In this document: positions 31,158-40,192 of the stretch, in pieces | How the letters are laid out: each line of letters opens with the position of its first letter | Numbering within the stretch: the stretch's first letter is position 1 | From: Candidatus Poribacteria bacterium | GTDB taxonomy: Bacteria; Poribacteria; WGA-4E; PCPOR2b | NCBI GenBank assembly: GCA_965198175.1 | Contig: OZ240245.1 | Span: 448,001-512,000, forward strand | Length of the DNA stretch: 64,000 bases | Direction of reading: 5' to 3' | The notes under the pieces: generated by a model | Seen by the model: the letters and a program-made list of their open reading frames with translations, nothing else | What the model was told of the DNA's origin: nothing | Databases searched by the model: none | Translations under genes and position numbers: made by a program

Positions 31158-31997
31158 CTACTCGTTTTTGACGCCGGTCTGTGCCCCTTTTGTGCGAAGA
31201 TGTCGAATCATTTCCTCGCGTTTGAGATCAAGCGCAAAATCGAGGGACGTCCAGCCCGTATCGGTTTCAGCGTTGATGTCGGCGCCCGCTTCGATCATAA
31301 GGTCGGCTTGCTCTGTAAAACCCGACCATTCCGCGAGGGTGTGCATGGGACGCCAATTTCCCCAAAATTTAGCTTGAGCGTTGACATCAGCACCATTTTG
31401 TATGAGCAATTCGGTAATTCGCACAAAACTATCTTTGGATCCTCGCCGTGTTCGCCCAACCCAATGGAGTGGTGTGAAGCCGTCAACGTCGGTGGTGGTT
31501 GCACAGGAAGGATTGCTTTCAAGCAGATCTTGCACGACGCCTAGCATTCCGAAATGCGATGCGGTAAGAATGTCAATTTCTGCGCCTTTCGCGAGTAGAT
31601 AGTCCATAACGGCTTCGGCTTCTTCACAAGCGCCGTAGATGAGTGATGCACACTGTAGCGGCGTGTAATCGCGAAAATCTCGGGTATTGACGAGATTGGG
31701 GTACTCTTTTAGCATGTGGCGAACTGCGTCAAGCAGACCGGCTCTAGCGGCTGTGAAGATGTCGTATTCAGCGCCGTTTTCGGCTAGATACTGTACGATT
31801 TTTCGATGCTGTGGGCGATGCCAGACCACCTGTGCTGCGGCAATCTGAATCAGGCTGCCTCCCTCGTCTTGTCTCTGCACAACCGCGAGTCGGCTATCTT
31901 CTTCAACGAGCGTTTTTACCGTTGAGAGGTCGCCTTTTCTTACAGCGTTAATCGCTGCGTTCACGCGGGCTTCAAAGGTGTTGTTTCTGTGTGCCAT
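31158..31997 (-). CDS. Ankyrin repeat protein
   Basis: TPLQ/TPLH and LL..GA.VNA repeats. Confidence 0.92.
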   Translation of the reverse strand: MAHRNNTFEARVNAAINAVRKGDLSTVKTLVEEDSRLAVVQRQDEGGSLIQIAAAQVVWHRPQHRKIVQYLAENGAEYDIFTAARAGLLDAVRHMLKEYPNLVNTRDFRDYTPLQCASLIYGACEEAEAVMDYLLAKGAEIDILTASHFGMLGVVQDLLESNPSCATTTDVDGFTPLHWVGRTRRGSKDSFVRITELLIQNGADVNAQAKFWGNWRPMHTLAEWSGFTEQADLMIEAGADINAETDTGWTSLDFALDLKREEMIRHLRTKGAQTGVKNE

Positions 31998-32270
31998 CAA
32001 TAAAATCTCCTAGCGTCGTTTGTGTCCCCGCAGCGCGGGCGGTTCTGTCCCCGTGCGAGACGTACACGCTCTCATTACCGTGTTTTCCCGGTTCTTTGCG
32101 TGTCTTACGTATGATACCATAGGAAAGAAATAAGGTGGTATAAGATGAGACTCTTTTTCTTGATTATGGATTCATTATATGGCATGATAAAGCGCGGCAA
32201 CAGCGGGGCATTAACACTTGTTGCAGACTAATCGCCACGTTGTTCACTTACTTCAAAAACCCACAGGAAT

Positions 32271-32285
32271 TGGCATTAATCTTGC
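32271..32285 (+). promoter_or_regulatory. Sigma54 promoter upstream of the HAD hydrolase
   Basis: TGGCA-ttaatc-TTGC with GG-N10-GC spacing. Confidence 0.6.
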
Positions 32286-32313
32286 TCAAAACATGGGAAT
32301 CGTGGAAAAGTCA

Positions 32314-33018
32314 ATGAATCGGGCTGTTATATTCGATCTCTACGAGACGCTTGTCACTGAAAATTACCCAGAATGGCATGCTGAAGCACCAACGCCGGGC
32401 GAGCGGCTCGGTTTATCTCAAGAGGATTTTGATCGCGAGTGGTTTGCCCGCTATCGTGCGCGTATGACTGGGAAATTTCGCCGCTACAGTGACGTGTTAA
32501 AGGAGATATGCTGTTCTTGCCAAATTGCGCCGCCTGAAAAAGAAATCTCTTTGATGCAGGCGGAGAAATTGACTGCGAAGGCGCTGCCGTTTGAACGAAT
32601 CGATCCGCTGGTTGTTGACATGCTAGGTACGTTAAAAGGATCAGGCTATCGCATTGGACTCATCTCAAATTGCGGATATGATGAAATTGCGGCATGGGAT
32701 TCTTCCGATCTTTCGGTTCAGGTCGACGTGCCAATTTTCTCATGTGTAGAGGGGTTAATTAAACCGGATCCTGCAATTTACGAACTGGCATGTGACAGGT
32801 TGAGCGTCGACAACAGTGCTGCGGTTTTCGTGGGTGACGGCGGGAGCGATGAGTTGCGCGGTGCAGATGCAGCAGGATTAAAGGCAATTTGGGCGACGTG
32901 GTACATTGAGAAATGGCCCTGGGACTGGGTGGAATATGTAGCCAAAACGTCGGATGCCTTTCCTCGATGCCGCAGAATTTGTGGTTTGCCCGCCCTTTTA
33001 GATGACATGTACGCTTGA
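32314..33018 (+). CDS. HAD-superfamily hydrolase
   Basis: IFDLYETL, ISN, KPDP and VGDG...E motifs. Confidence 0.88.
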   Translation: MNRAVIFDLYETLVTENYPEWHAEAPTPGERLGLSQEDFDREWFARYRARMTGKFRRYSDVLKEICCSCQIAPPEKEISLMQAEKLTAKALPFERIDPLVVDMLGTLKGSGYRIGLISNCGYDEIAAWDSSDLSVQVDVPIFSCVEGLIKPDPAIYELACDRLSVDNSAAVFVGDGGSDELRGADAAGLKAIWATWYIEKWPWDWVEYVAKTSDAFPRCRRICGLPALLDDMYA

Positions 33019-33071
33019 AGGGGCCAGGAATCGTCGGAGTGGAATGCACTTCTATCTATTCCGATGAAATT

Positions 33072-33086
33072 TGGCGTAATTCTTGC
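33072..33086 (+). promoter_or_regulatory. Sigma54 promoter upstream of the sensor kinase
   Basis: TGGCG-taattc-TTGC with GG-N10-GC spacing. Confidence 0.55.
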
Positions 33087-33218
33087 TCAAGTTGTTTAGT
33101 GGAGTTCGCCATATCTGCTTTCACCGGATTCTTAGATAATTTCTATTGAATTTTAAACGGTTTTGAAAATAAACTAGAGAGCAAAAGCCTTGGGCTATAA
33201 CATTCGAGAGGAAGCGAT

Positions 33219-34877
33219 ATGCGCCTGAATCGACACAGCCTCTATTTCCCCGCCGTGACGCTGACCGTACTGACAATCACGCTCACCGTGATTTTGGCAA
33301 TTTCCACTTACCGGAACCTGCATCGTGAACAGACACAGATGGAGGTATCAATCGATCGCAAGGGGATTGCGCTCTTGCGCCTACTTGAGGCGGTTCTTCA
33401 GAGCCACGGTTATAGGGGTAGTGAAGGGATTGCTCAAGTCCAACAGTTGGTATCGGCTGCGGCGCCGAACGAGAATATTGCCTACATTTTTATGTTCAAT
33501 CAACAGGGGCAGATTTTGGCGCATAGCAATCCCAAAATGGTTGGGAAACTGATTGACGGCGGCATTCCAGAGGGCTCCGAAATTCTTTCGTTTCGGAAAA
33601 ATGATTCCGCAGAACATCGCCCTGAAATTCGGAGCGGTTTTCACCCCGTTCCATCTGAACCGGCTCTCACTCACTATCTCGGAATTGGTCTTGAGATGGG
33701 TACCCTTGAGCGGGCGCATCATGAAGATCGTCGGCACACGATGATGATGGCTGCCATGCTTATCCTGTTAGGTTCAGGCTCGCTGTTTTTTATTCTTGTC
33801 GTGCAGAATTTTCACCTTGTCCAGCGCACGCTCAATCAGATGAAAAGTTATATCCACTACGTCGTGGAGAGCATGGCGAACGGTCTGATTTCACTCGATT
33901 CTAAAGGTGCAGTGACCACGATGAATCGAGCGGCCCAAGAACTTGTCGGTGTCTCAGAATCCAAATCGAAATCGCTTGAGATTGATAACCTCTTTCCTGA
34001 GCACGCCGTTGAGATTCGGAAGGTGCTTGAACATAATCACACCATCCTCAACAAAGAGATTTTTTATCAGCACCCTAACGGTTCCGCCATACCTGTGAAC
34101 TTGAGCGCAACGCAGGTGAAGGATGAGGGTGGAGCAAAGCTCGGTGTCGTGGTTCTCCTGAATGACATGCGTGAAATGGTGGAGTTGCAGGAACGCGCCA
34201 AACGCGCCGAACATCTGGCGTCCATTGGGCGAATGGCGGCGACGGTTGCCCACGAGATTCGTAATCCGCTTTCTTCGATTCGAGGGTTTGCCCAATTTTT
34301 TGCCAACCTCTTTAAGGAAAAAACGGAGGAACGGACCTATGCATTGACAATGATGAAAGAGTCGAACCGTTTGAACCGTGTGGTTTCCGAACTTCTAGAT
34401 TACGCGCGACCGCTGGAATTGAAAGTTGAACCGACCTCAGTTGAGACACTATTTCTCGACATCGTCCGGCGGCTTGAACTGGAAAAGTCTGACTCATGCA
34501 TTGAGGTTATTCAAGAGATACCATCCGACATGCTGGAGGTGCAGCTTGACCACGACCGAATTCTCCAGGTGTTGCTCAATCTCACGCAAAACAGTATTGA
34601 TGCCATGCCCAATGGCGGAAAGCTTATTCTTTCTGCTGTGTGGGTTGCAGAACGCAAGTGGATCCAGATTGGCGTGCAGGATACGGGAGAAGGTATTCCG
34701 CAAGCCGATCTGCCGAGATTGTTTGAGCCGTTCTTCACAACGAAAACACGCGGCGCGGGACTCGGGCTCGCTGTCGTGCGGAAAATTGTCGATGCGCACG
34801 ACGGGGAAGTGGAAGTGAGAAGTGAAGAGGACGTTGGGACAGAAGTGATTTTGACCTTGCCGCAAGTTGAGGTATAA
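33219..34877 (+). CDS. ZraS-like PAS sensor histidine kinase
   Basis: Two TM segments, PAS domain, AHEIRNPL H-box and N/G1/F/G2 boxes. Confidence 0.92.
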   Translation: MRLNRHSLYFPAVTLTVLTITLTVILAISTYRNLHREQTQMEVSIDRKGIALLRLLEAVLQSHGYRGSEGIAQVQQLVSAAAPNENIAYIFMFNQQGQILAHSNPKMVGKLIDGGIPEGSEILSFRKNDSAEHRPEIRSGFHPVPSEPALTHYLGIGLEMGTLERAHHEDRRHTMMMAAMLILLGSGSLFFILVVQNFHLVQRTLNQMKSYIHYVVESMANGLISLDSKGAVTTMNRAAQELVGVSESKSKSLEIDNLFPEHAVEIRKVLEHNHTILNKEIFYQHPNGSAIPVNLSATQVKDEGGAKLGVVVLLNDMREMVELQERAKRAEHLASIGRMAATVAHEIRNPLSSIRGFAQFFANLFKEKTEERTYALTMMKESNRLNRVVSELLDYARPLELKVEPTSVETLFLDIVRRLELEKSDSCIEVIQEIPSDMLEVQLDHDRILQVLLNLTQNSIDAMPNGGKLILSAVWVAERKWIQIGVQDTGEGIPQADLPRLFEPFFTTKTRGAGLGLAVVRKIVDAHDGEVEVRSEEDVGTEVILTLPQVEV

Positions 34878-34893
34878 AAGGGGATAATCCATC

Positions 34894-36249
34894 GTGCGGT
34901 TAAAAATTCTTATCGTTGACGACGAGCCGTCTCATCGACTGATGCTATATGCCCATCTCAAATCGGTTTACGATGTTTCTGAGGCTTCTGACGGGTTTCT
35001 GGCGGTGGAAGCCGTGAAACAGCGGTTCTACGATTTGGTGATAATGGATATCCGTATGCCAAGTATGGATGGTTTGGAGGCGCTTAGACAGATTAAGGAG
35101 ATTAGTCCGGGAATTGTCGTGTTTATCATGACCGCGTTCCAATCTGTAGAAACCGCACGTGAAGCGCTTCGACAGGGTGCGAGCGATTACATCGTCAAAC
35201 CCGTTGATGCAGAGGAACTTTTAACAAATATCGAGCGCGAGTTCTCATACCGCGACCTGCAACGGGAGAACACGCTGCTGAAAGAGCGTCTCGGTGAGCA
35301 GTTCGCCGAGTCCAACATTATTGCTCGAAGTTCTATGATGCGAGAAGTGCTGGAGAATGTCGCGCTGATTGCACCATCGGATGCGACCGTTCTCATTCTT
35401 GGCGAAAGCGGCACGGGCAAAGAGCTAATCGCCAATCTGATCCATGCGCGAAGTTCACGCGCAAAAAAGCCGTTCATCAAGATCAACTGTGCTGCACTCA
35501 CGGAGACGCTGTTGGAGAGTGAGCTATTTGGTCATGAGAAAGGATCCTTTACCGGCGCAATGGATCGGAAGCTAGGACGTTTTGAGTTGGCAAATCGGGG
35601 GTCACTTTTTCTCGACGAAGTGGGGGAGATGAGCCCAGCCACCCAAGTCAAGCTGCTACGAGTTCTTCAGGAGCGGCAATTTGAACGGGTCGGTGGTACG
35701 GAACCGATAACGGTCGATATCCGAATCATCGCGGCGACCAATAAAGTGCTCCTGGATGAGGTCGAAGCAGGTCGATTCCGCGAAGACCTGTACTATCGAC
35801 TCAACGTTGTGCCGGTTCAACTTCCGTCGTTAAAAGACCGCGGAGAAGACATCCCACCGCTAGCTGAGTATTTTCTCAAGTTCTACGCGGCGAAAAATCG
35901 CCGTGAAATGAGACAAATCCTGCCCGACGTGCTTGATGCGATGATGCGCTACGATTGGCCCGGAAATGTCCGCGAATTAGAAAACACCATCGAACGCGGT
36001 GTTGTCATCGCACGTTCAGAATACCTGACCCCGGACGAACTCCCACCGAACATCCGTAAAATCGCCGTATCGACAACCGGCGAAGGTTCCAAAGTGACGG
36101 TTGGCAGCACGATTAAAGAGATGGAGAAGGAATTCATTGCTCGGACGTTAGCTTCTGTCGCTGGAAATCGGACCCGTGCCGCGAAGATTTTAGGAATCGC
36201 CCGCAAAACACTACAGAACAAGATGCGTGAGTATGAACTTGACCGCTGA
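34894..36249 (+). CDS. ZraR/NtrC-family sigma54 response regulator
   Basis: Receiver domain, GESGTGKE, GSFTGA and Fis-type HTH. Confidence 0.95.
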   Translation: MRLKILIVDDEPSHRLMLYAHLKSVYDVSEASDGFLAVEAVKQRFYDLVIMDIRMPSMDGLEALRQIKEISPGIVVFIMTAFQSVETAREALRQGASDYIVKPVDAEELLTNIEREFSYRDLQRENTLLKERLGEQFAESNIIARSSMMREVLENVALIAPSDATVLILGESGTGKELIANLIHARSSRAKKPFIKINCAALTETLLESELFGHEKGSFTGAMDRKLGRFELANRGSLFLDEVGEMSPATQVKLLRVLQERQFERVGGTEPITVDIRIIAATNKVLLDEVEAGRFREDLYYRLNVVPVQLPSLKDRGEDIPPLAEYFLKFYAAKNRREMRQILPDVLDAMMRYDWPGNVRELENTIERGVVIARSEYLTPDELPPNIRKIAVSTTGEGSKVTVGSTIKEMEKEFIARTLASVAGNRTRAAKILGIARKTLQNKMREYELDR

Positions 36250-36300
36250 TCTGGTTCAAGGTCCTTTTTCTGAATCTCCATCTTTTCGATTCGGATCGCC

Positions 36301-36350
36301 TGTGTAAAAAGTATCCAGTCAGTCGCGCCGGCCTGTGTAAAAACTACCCA
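36301..36350 (+). promoter_or_regulatory. Tandem upstream activator sites for the sigma54 activator
   Basis: TGTGTAAAAAGTATCCA and TGTGTAAAAACTACCCA, 33 bp apart, about 150 bp upstream of a sigma54 promoter. Confidence 0.65.
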
Positions 36351-36485
36351 CGCATCGACTTGCTTTCCCAATCTTCACATCATCAAGTCCTAAATTGCGC
36401 GATATGGCGTGAGCGTGTGCTTAATCCCGTATCTGAAGAGATCCAATCGGTTGTCTAAAGCGATTTTTGCCCTATCAGAATGGGT

Positions 36486-36500
36486 TGGCATGTGACTTGC
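36486..36500 (+). promoter_or_regulatory. Sigma54 promoter of the metal efflux operon
   Basis: TGGCA-tgtgac-TTGC. Confidence 0.78.
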
Positions 36501-36595
36501 TAGAAGTAGAGTCGTAGGAAAAGCATAAGGCTGAGCAAAGGAGGTCACTGAGAATTTCTTTGTTCCCAAATCCAAAACACAAAAAGGAGAAAACC

Positions 36596-37207
36596 GTGAA
36601 AAGAACAATCGTACTCGCAATCTTGATACTCGCGCTTGTCGTTGGATTCTTGTTCTCTGTTTCTTCAATTCAGGCGGATAAGCGCTCACATGATCATACC
36701 GAAATGCATCACCACGGTGAGCATGGCAGCAAGGTACGCTGTGCAATTGATGGCATGATGATGAAGGCATCCGCCATGACAGAAATGCGTCATGACGGAG
36801 AAAGGTACTATTTCTGCAGTGCCAAGCAAGCGGAGATGTTCAAAGCTCATCCGGATAAATACCTCAAACAGATTTCCATTGGACATCTCACGATTAATCT
36901 CAATGTATTGACCGTTGATGAATACAAAGCGATGATGCGGGATATGGGCATGGGCGGAATGATGAAAATGGACGCGATGAAGGGACAAACGCATCGCATG
37001 AGTGTTTACACGACGCAACATCATCAGGACGTTTCACTGGAGGGGATTTCTTTTGCATTGCAAGTTGCCGATGCTAAAGGAAACGAAACAACTGTGCCGT
37101 TGACCTATAACAAAATGATGAAAACTTATGATGCTTTTGCTGCCGTGCCAGCAGATGGGACACATCGGATTCGGATCCTAATTGCAACGCCTGAAATCAA
37201 CATCTAG
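36596..37207 (+). CDS. Periplasmic His/Met-rich YHS-domain metal-binding protein
   Basis: Signal peptide, His-rich linker and CAIDGM...YYFCS...F...PDKY. GTG start after an AGGAG RBS. Confidence 0.82.
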   Translation: MKRTIVLAILILALVVGFLFSVSSIQADKRSHDHTEMHHHGEHGSKVRCAIDGMMMKASAMTEMRHDGERYYFCSAKQAEMFKAHPDKYLKQISIGHLTINLNVLTVDEYKAMMRDMGMGGMMKMDAMKGQTHRMSVYTTQHHQDVSLEGISFALQVADAKGNETTVPLTYNKMMKTYDAFAAVPADGTHRIRILIATPEINI

Positions 37208-37221
37208 CAGTAGACAACTAA

Positions 37222-37263
37222 AAGCCTTTGGTTCAAACCCGATGCTGGTTTGAACCAAAGGCT
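37222..37263 (+). terminator. Strong intergenic hairpin (terminator or mRNA stabiliser)
   Basis: AGCCTTTGGTTCAAACC / GGTTTGAACCAAAGGCT perfect stem with no long T-run. Confidence 0.55.
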
Positions 37264-37322
37264 CAGCTTACGTACTTGAGAAGAAGCTGAGAAAATCTCT
37301 GAGTGAAATTTTAGGAGCAGTT

Positions 37323-38654
37323 ATGAAAAAGCGGATTTCATTGACATGGCTATTGTTGCTTACGTTCTGGGCGTTGCTTCCAGTCGAGTCAAGAGCTCAG
37401 ACGGAAGCGGCGACATTGTCGACAGAAGCACTTCCCGACAGTATCACAGAGGCACTGGCTGACGGTATCGATCTGCCGACCCTCGTTCGCCTAGCGGTTG
37501 AGCGCAACCCGAAACTCAAAGTCGCCCTAGCAAAATGGCAGGCAACTATTGAGAAGTATCCTCAAGTGACAGCCTTGGCGGATCCGATGCTGGTGTACAG
37601 TTACTTCATTCGGAGCGTGGAAACCCGCGTTGGACCACAAAGGCACCGCCTCGGTTTTTCGCAGGCGTTGCCATACCCCGGCACACTTGATGCCGCAGGG
37701 CGAGTGACGCTGAAGGAGATTGAGATTGAACGGGTAAAATATGAGCAGGCGGTGCGCGACCTGATTGTCAATTTGAAACTCAGTTATCACGAATTGGCTT
37801 ACCTTCAGCGGGCGAGCCAGGTTACCTATCAGAATCAGCAACTGCTTTCTCAGATATTAAACATTGCCAACACCCGTTACGCTTCTAGCGAGGCAACGCT
37901 GAACGATGTCCTAAAGGCACAAAGCCAGTCGGCGCAATTGTCATACGATCTGATTCTGTTAAGGGAATTGGAGGAGGTCGAAAAGGCTAACATCAATGCG
38001 CTCATTAGTGTGCCTTCGAACACGCCGTTGGGCCCACCCGCTCCCGTAGCGTACACCGCGCACGATATTCCAATCTCCGATTTGGAGTCGAAGACGTTAG
38101 CGGGGCGCCAGGAATTACAAATCGCCGATTTGATGATACAGAAGGTGGATGAAGCCGTCGCGCTCGCCAAGCTGAAAACGAAACCGAGCTTCAAATTCGA
38201 TTTGATGACCGTCGAAACTGGTGAGGGGCTGATGCCAGAGACTCACGACAGCGGGAAAAATCCGATCTCAATTGGAGTTGGTATCTCGATTCCGTGGTCT
38301 TCTTCAAAGAATCGCAGTCAGATACAAGAGGCAGAGTTGAACCGCGCTGCCGCCATCGAAAGCAAGCGGTCAATGGAAGACCTGACGTTAGCGAATTTGA
38401 GAAAGCTCTATTTCCGTCTCGAAAACGCCCGTCGATTGGTTGACCTTTACGAAAATAGTCTTATTCCACAAGCTGAAGGTGCGATGGAAGTTGCTGAAAC
38501 GTGGCATCAGGAAGGCACAAAGAGTATTGCGGGCTTTCTTGAAACGCAGAGCGTTTGGCTGAACTTTAACCTCGCACGGCTTCGCGCTATCACCGACTAT
38601 CAGCAGAATCTTGCACGGCTGGAACGGCTAGTCGGGGGGAGTATCTCGCCATGA
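37323..38654 (+). CDS. TolC family outer-membrane efflux protein 1
   Basis: Signal peptide, ERNP.L, LADP and SQALPYPG motifs, OEP repeats. Confidence 0.88.
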   Translation: MKKRISLTWLLLLTFWALLPVESRAQTEAATLSTEALPDSITEALADGIDLPTLVRLAVERNPKLKVALAKWQATIEKYPQVTALADPMLVYSYFIRSVETRVGPQRHRLGFSQALPYPGTLDAAGRVTLKEIEIERVKYEQAVRDLIVNLKLSYHELAYLQRASQVTYQNQQLLSQILNIANTRYASSEATLNDVLKAQSQSAQLSYDLILLRELEEVEKANINALISVPSNTPLGPPAPVAYTAHDIPISDLESKTLAGRQELQIADLMIQKVDEAVALAKLKTKPSFKFDLMTVETGEGLMPETHDSGKNPISIGVGISIPWSSSKNRSQIQEAELNRAAAIESKRSMEDLTLANLRKLYFRLENARRLVDLYENSLIPQAEGAMEVAETWHQEGTKSIAGFLETQSVWLNFNLARLRAITDYQQNLARLERLVGGSISP

Positions 38655-40189
38655 AACATCACATCCTTCTCCTTTCCGTGTTTCTCGTTGCGTGTGCGAG
38701 TGGGAGGAAGGCGACTTATCAAGACCTGCTGACGCAATTTCAGGATGCCCCAACGCCTGAATACTATCGTGCTGAAATCGCAAAAGACATCCCCAAGCTA
38801 GAAGTTGATGAACAGGCTGAAAAAGATGCTTTCCTGACTGAAGTAGAAGCGAAAGTGCTGAAAGTTCAGAGGGAATTTCAAGCGCAATTAGAAAGCGAGA
38901 CGCCGATTCCGGAACCGTTCTACGACTTTTCGGTGCCGCAAATGAAAGCCTATCGGGAACTCACAACGGAAGCAGAGAAAGTTGAGGCACGACTTGCAGA
39001 GACAGTCAATCTCGAGTTGCTATTGGCGTTTGGGTATGAGTGGAGCCCTATCATTAAAGTCGCCCGCAAGAAACTGAGAGCTACCCTCGAACAGTATCCC
39101 CAAGCAGTCTATCTGGACAACGTGTTACGACAGTACAACGCCTTTACAAAGCAGCTCGACACGAAAATCGGTCAACCCAGGCATAAAGAGATGATGGCGA
39201 TGAAATTTCCATTCCCGGACATGCTGGCGTTGAAGGGACAGATCGTCACCGAAGATGTTCGGATTGCTCAAAGGGGAATTGATATTGCGCTTCGAGATTT
39301 GGTGACGGATATAAAATTGGCTTATTATGACTATCTCTACCTCAATGAAGCTATAGAGATCAATGGGGAAAACCAGGAACTCCTTCGCCAGATGATTCAG
39401 ATTGCTCAGGCGAAGTTTCGTGCCGGCATCGGCAAATATCACAGCGTAATCATGGCGCAAGTGGAGTTTTCCAAACTCTCCGACTCAATTATCACATTGG
39501 AAGAGCGGCGTGAAACCGTCATCGCTCGCATCAACACGTTGTTGAATCGACCTGCCGATGCGCCGTTGGGTGAGCCACAGCCCCTTGCATATGAAGAGGT
39601 TACACAACCATTAGGGGAGCTATACACGCTCGCACTCAAGTCTCGTCAGGAAATTCAGAAGCAGAAACTGGTGATAAGCAAGATGAATCTCGTAATTCAA
39701 CTCGCGACGCGAATGGTGTACCCTGACGGAACACTCGGCGCAAGCTATTTCGAGAAACGGATGAAGTTGTCTCCAACATTTTCTGCGCAACGCACGCTGA
39801 ATCCGGGTCACTCAGCATCGTTTGGACAGAGAGGCGCATATATTCGGGAAGTCGAGATCAAGGCGGAGGTGATGCAGGAAAAGCTCGCTGAGCTTGAAAA
39901 CATGACGCGATTTACAGTGAAGAAGCACCATTTCGGTTTGGAGACTGCCAAACGCAGCATTGCATTATACCGCAACGCACTGCTGCCACAAGCGCGGAGT
40001 GCCTTGGAAGCAGCGAACACTGCTTATCAAGCAGCTCAGGTTGATTTCATTAGTTTTCTTGATGCCCAACGCACACAGTTGAAATTTCGTCTCGAAGAAC
40101 AGCGGGCGTTGCGGGACCATCGTCAGCATCTGGCACAGTTAGAACAAGCGGTCGGACAGCTATTGCCAAAACAGACTATGGAGGAGTAA
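38651..40189 (+). CDS. TolC family outer-membrane efflux protein 2 (lipoprotein)
   Basis: LVAC lipobox, OEP repeats, 4-nt overlap with the previous gene. Confidence 0.82.
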   Translation: MKHHILLLSVFLVACASGRKATYQDLLTQFQDAPTPEYYRAEIAKDIPKLEVDEQAEKDAFLTEVEAKVLKVQREFQAQLESETPIPEPFYDFSVPQMKAYRELTTEAEKVEARLAETVNLELLLAFGYEWSPIIKVARKKLRATLEQYPQAVYLDNVLRQYNAFTKQLDTKIGQPRHKEMMAMKFPFPDMLALKGQIVTEDVRIAQRGIDIALRDLVTDIKLAYYDYLYLNEAIEINGENQELLRQMIQIAQAKFRAGIGKYHSVIMAQVEFSKLSDSIITLEERRETVIARINTLLNRPADAPLGEPQPLAYEEVTQPLGELYTLALKSRQEIQKQKLVISKMNLVIQLATRMVYPDGTLGASYFEKRMKLSPTFSAQRTLNPGHSASFGQRGAYIREVEIKAEVMQEKLAELENMTRFTVKKHHFGLETAKRSIALYRNALLPQARSALEAANTAYQAAQVDFISFLDAQRTQLKFRLEEQRALRDHRQHLAQLEQAVGQLLPKQTMEE

Positions 40190-40192
40190 ACA

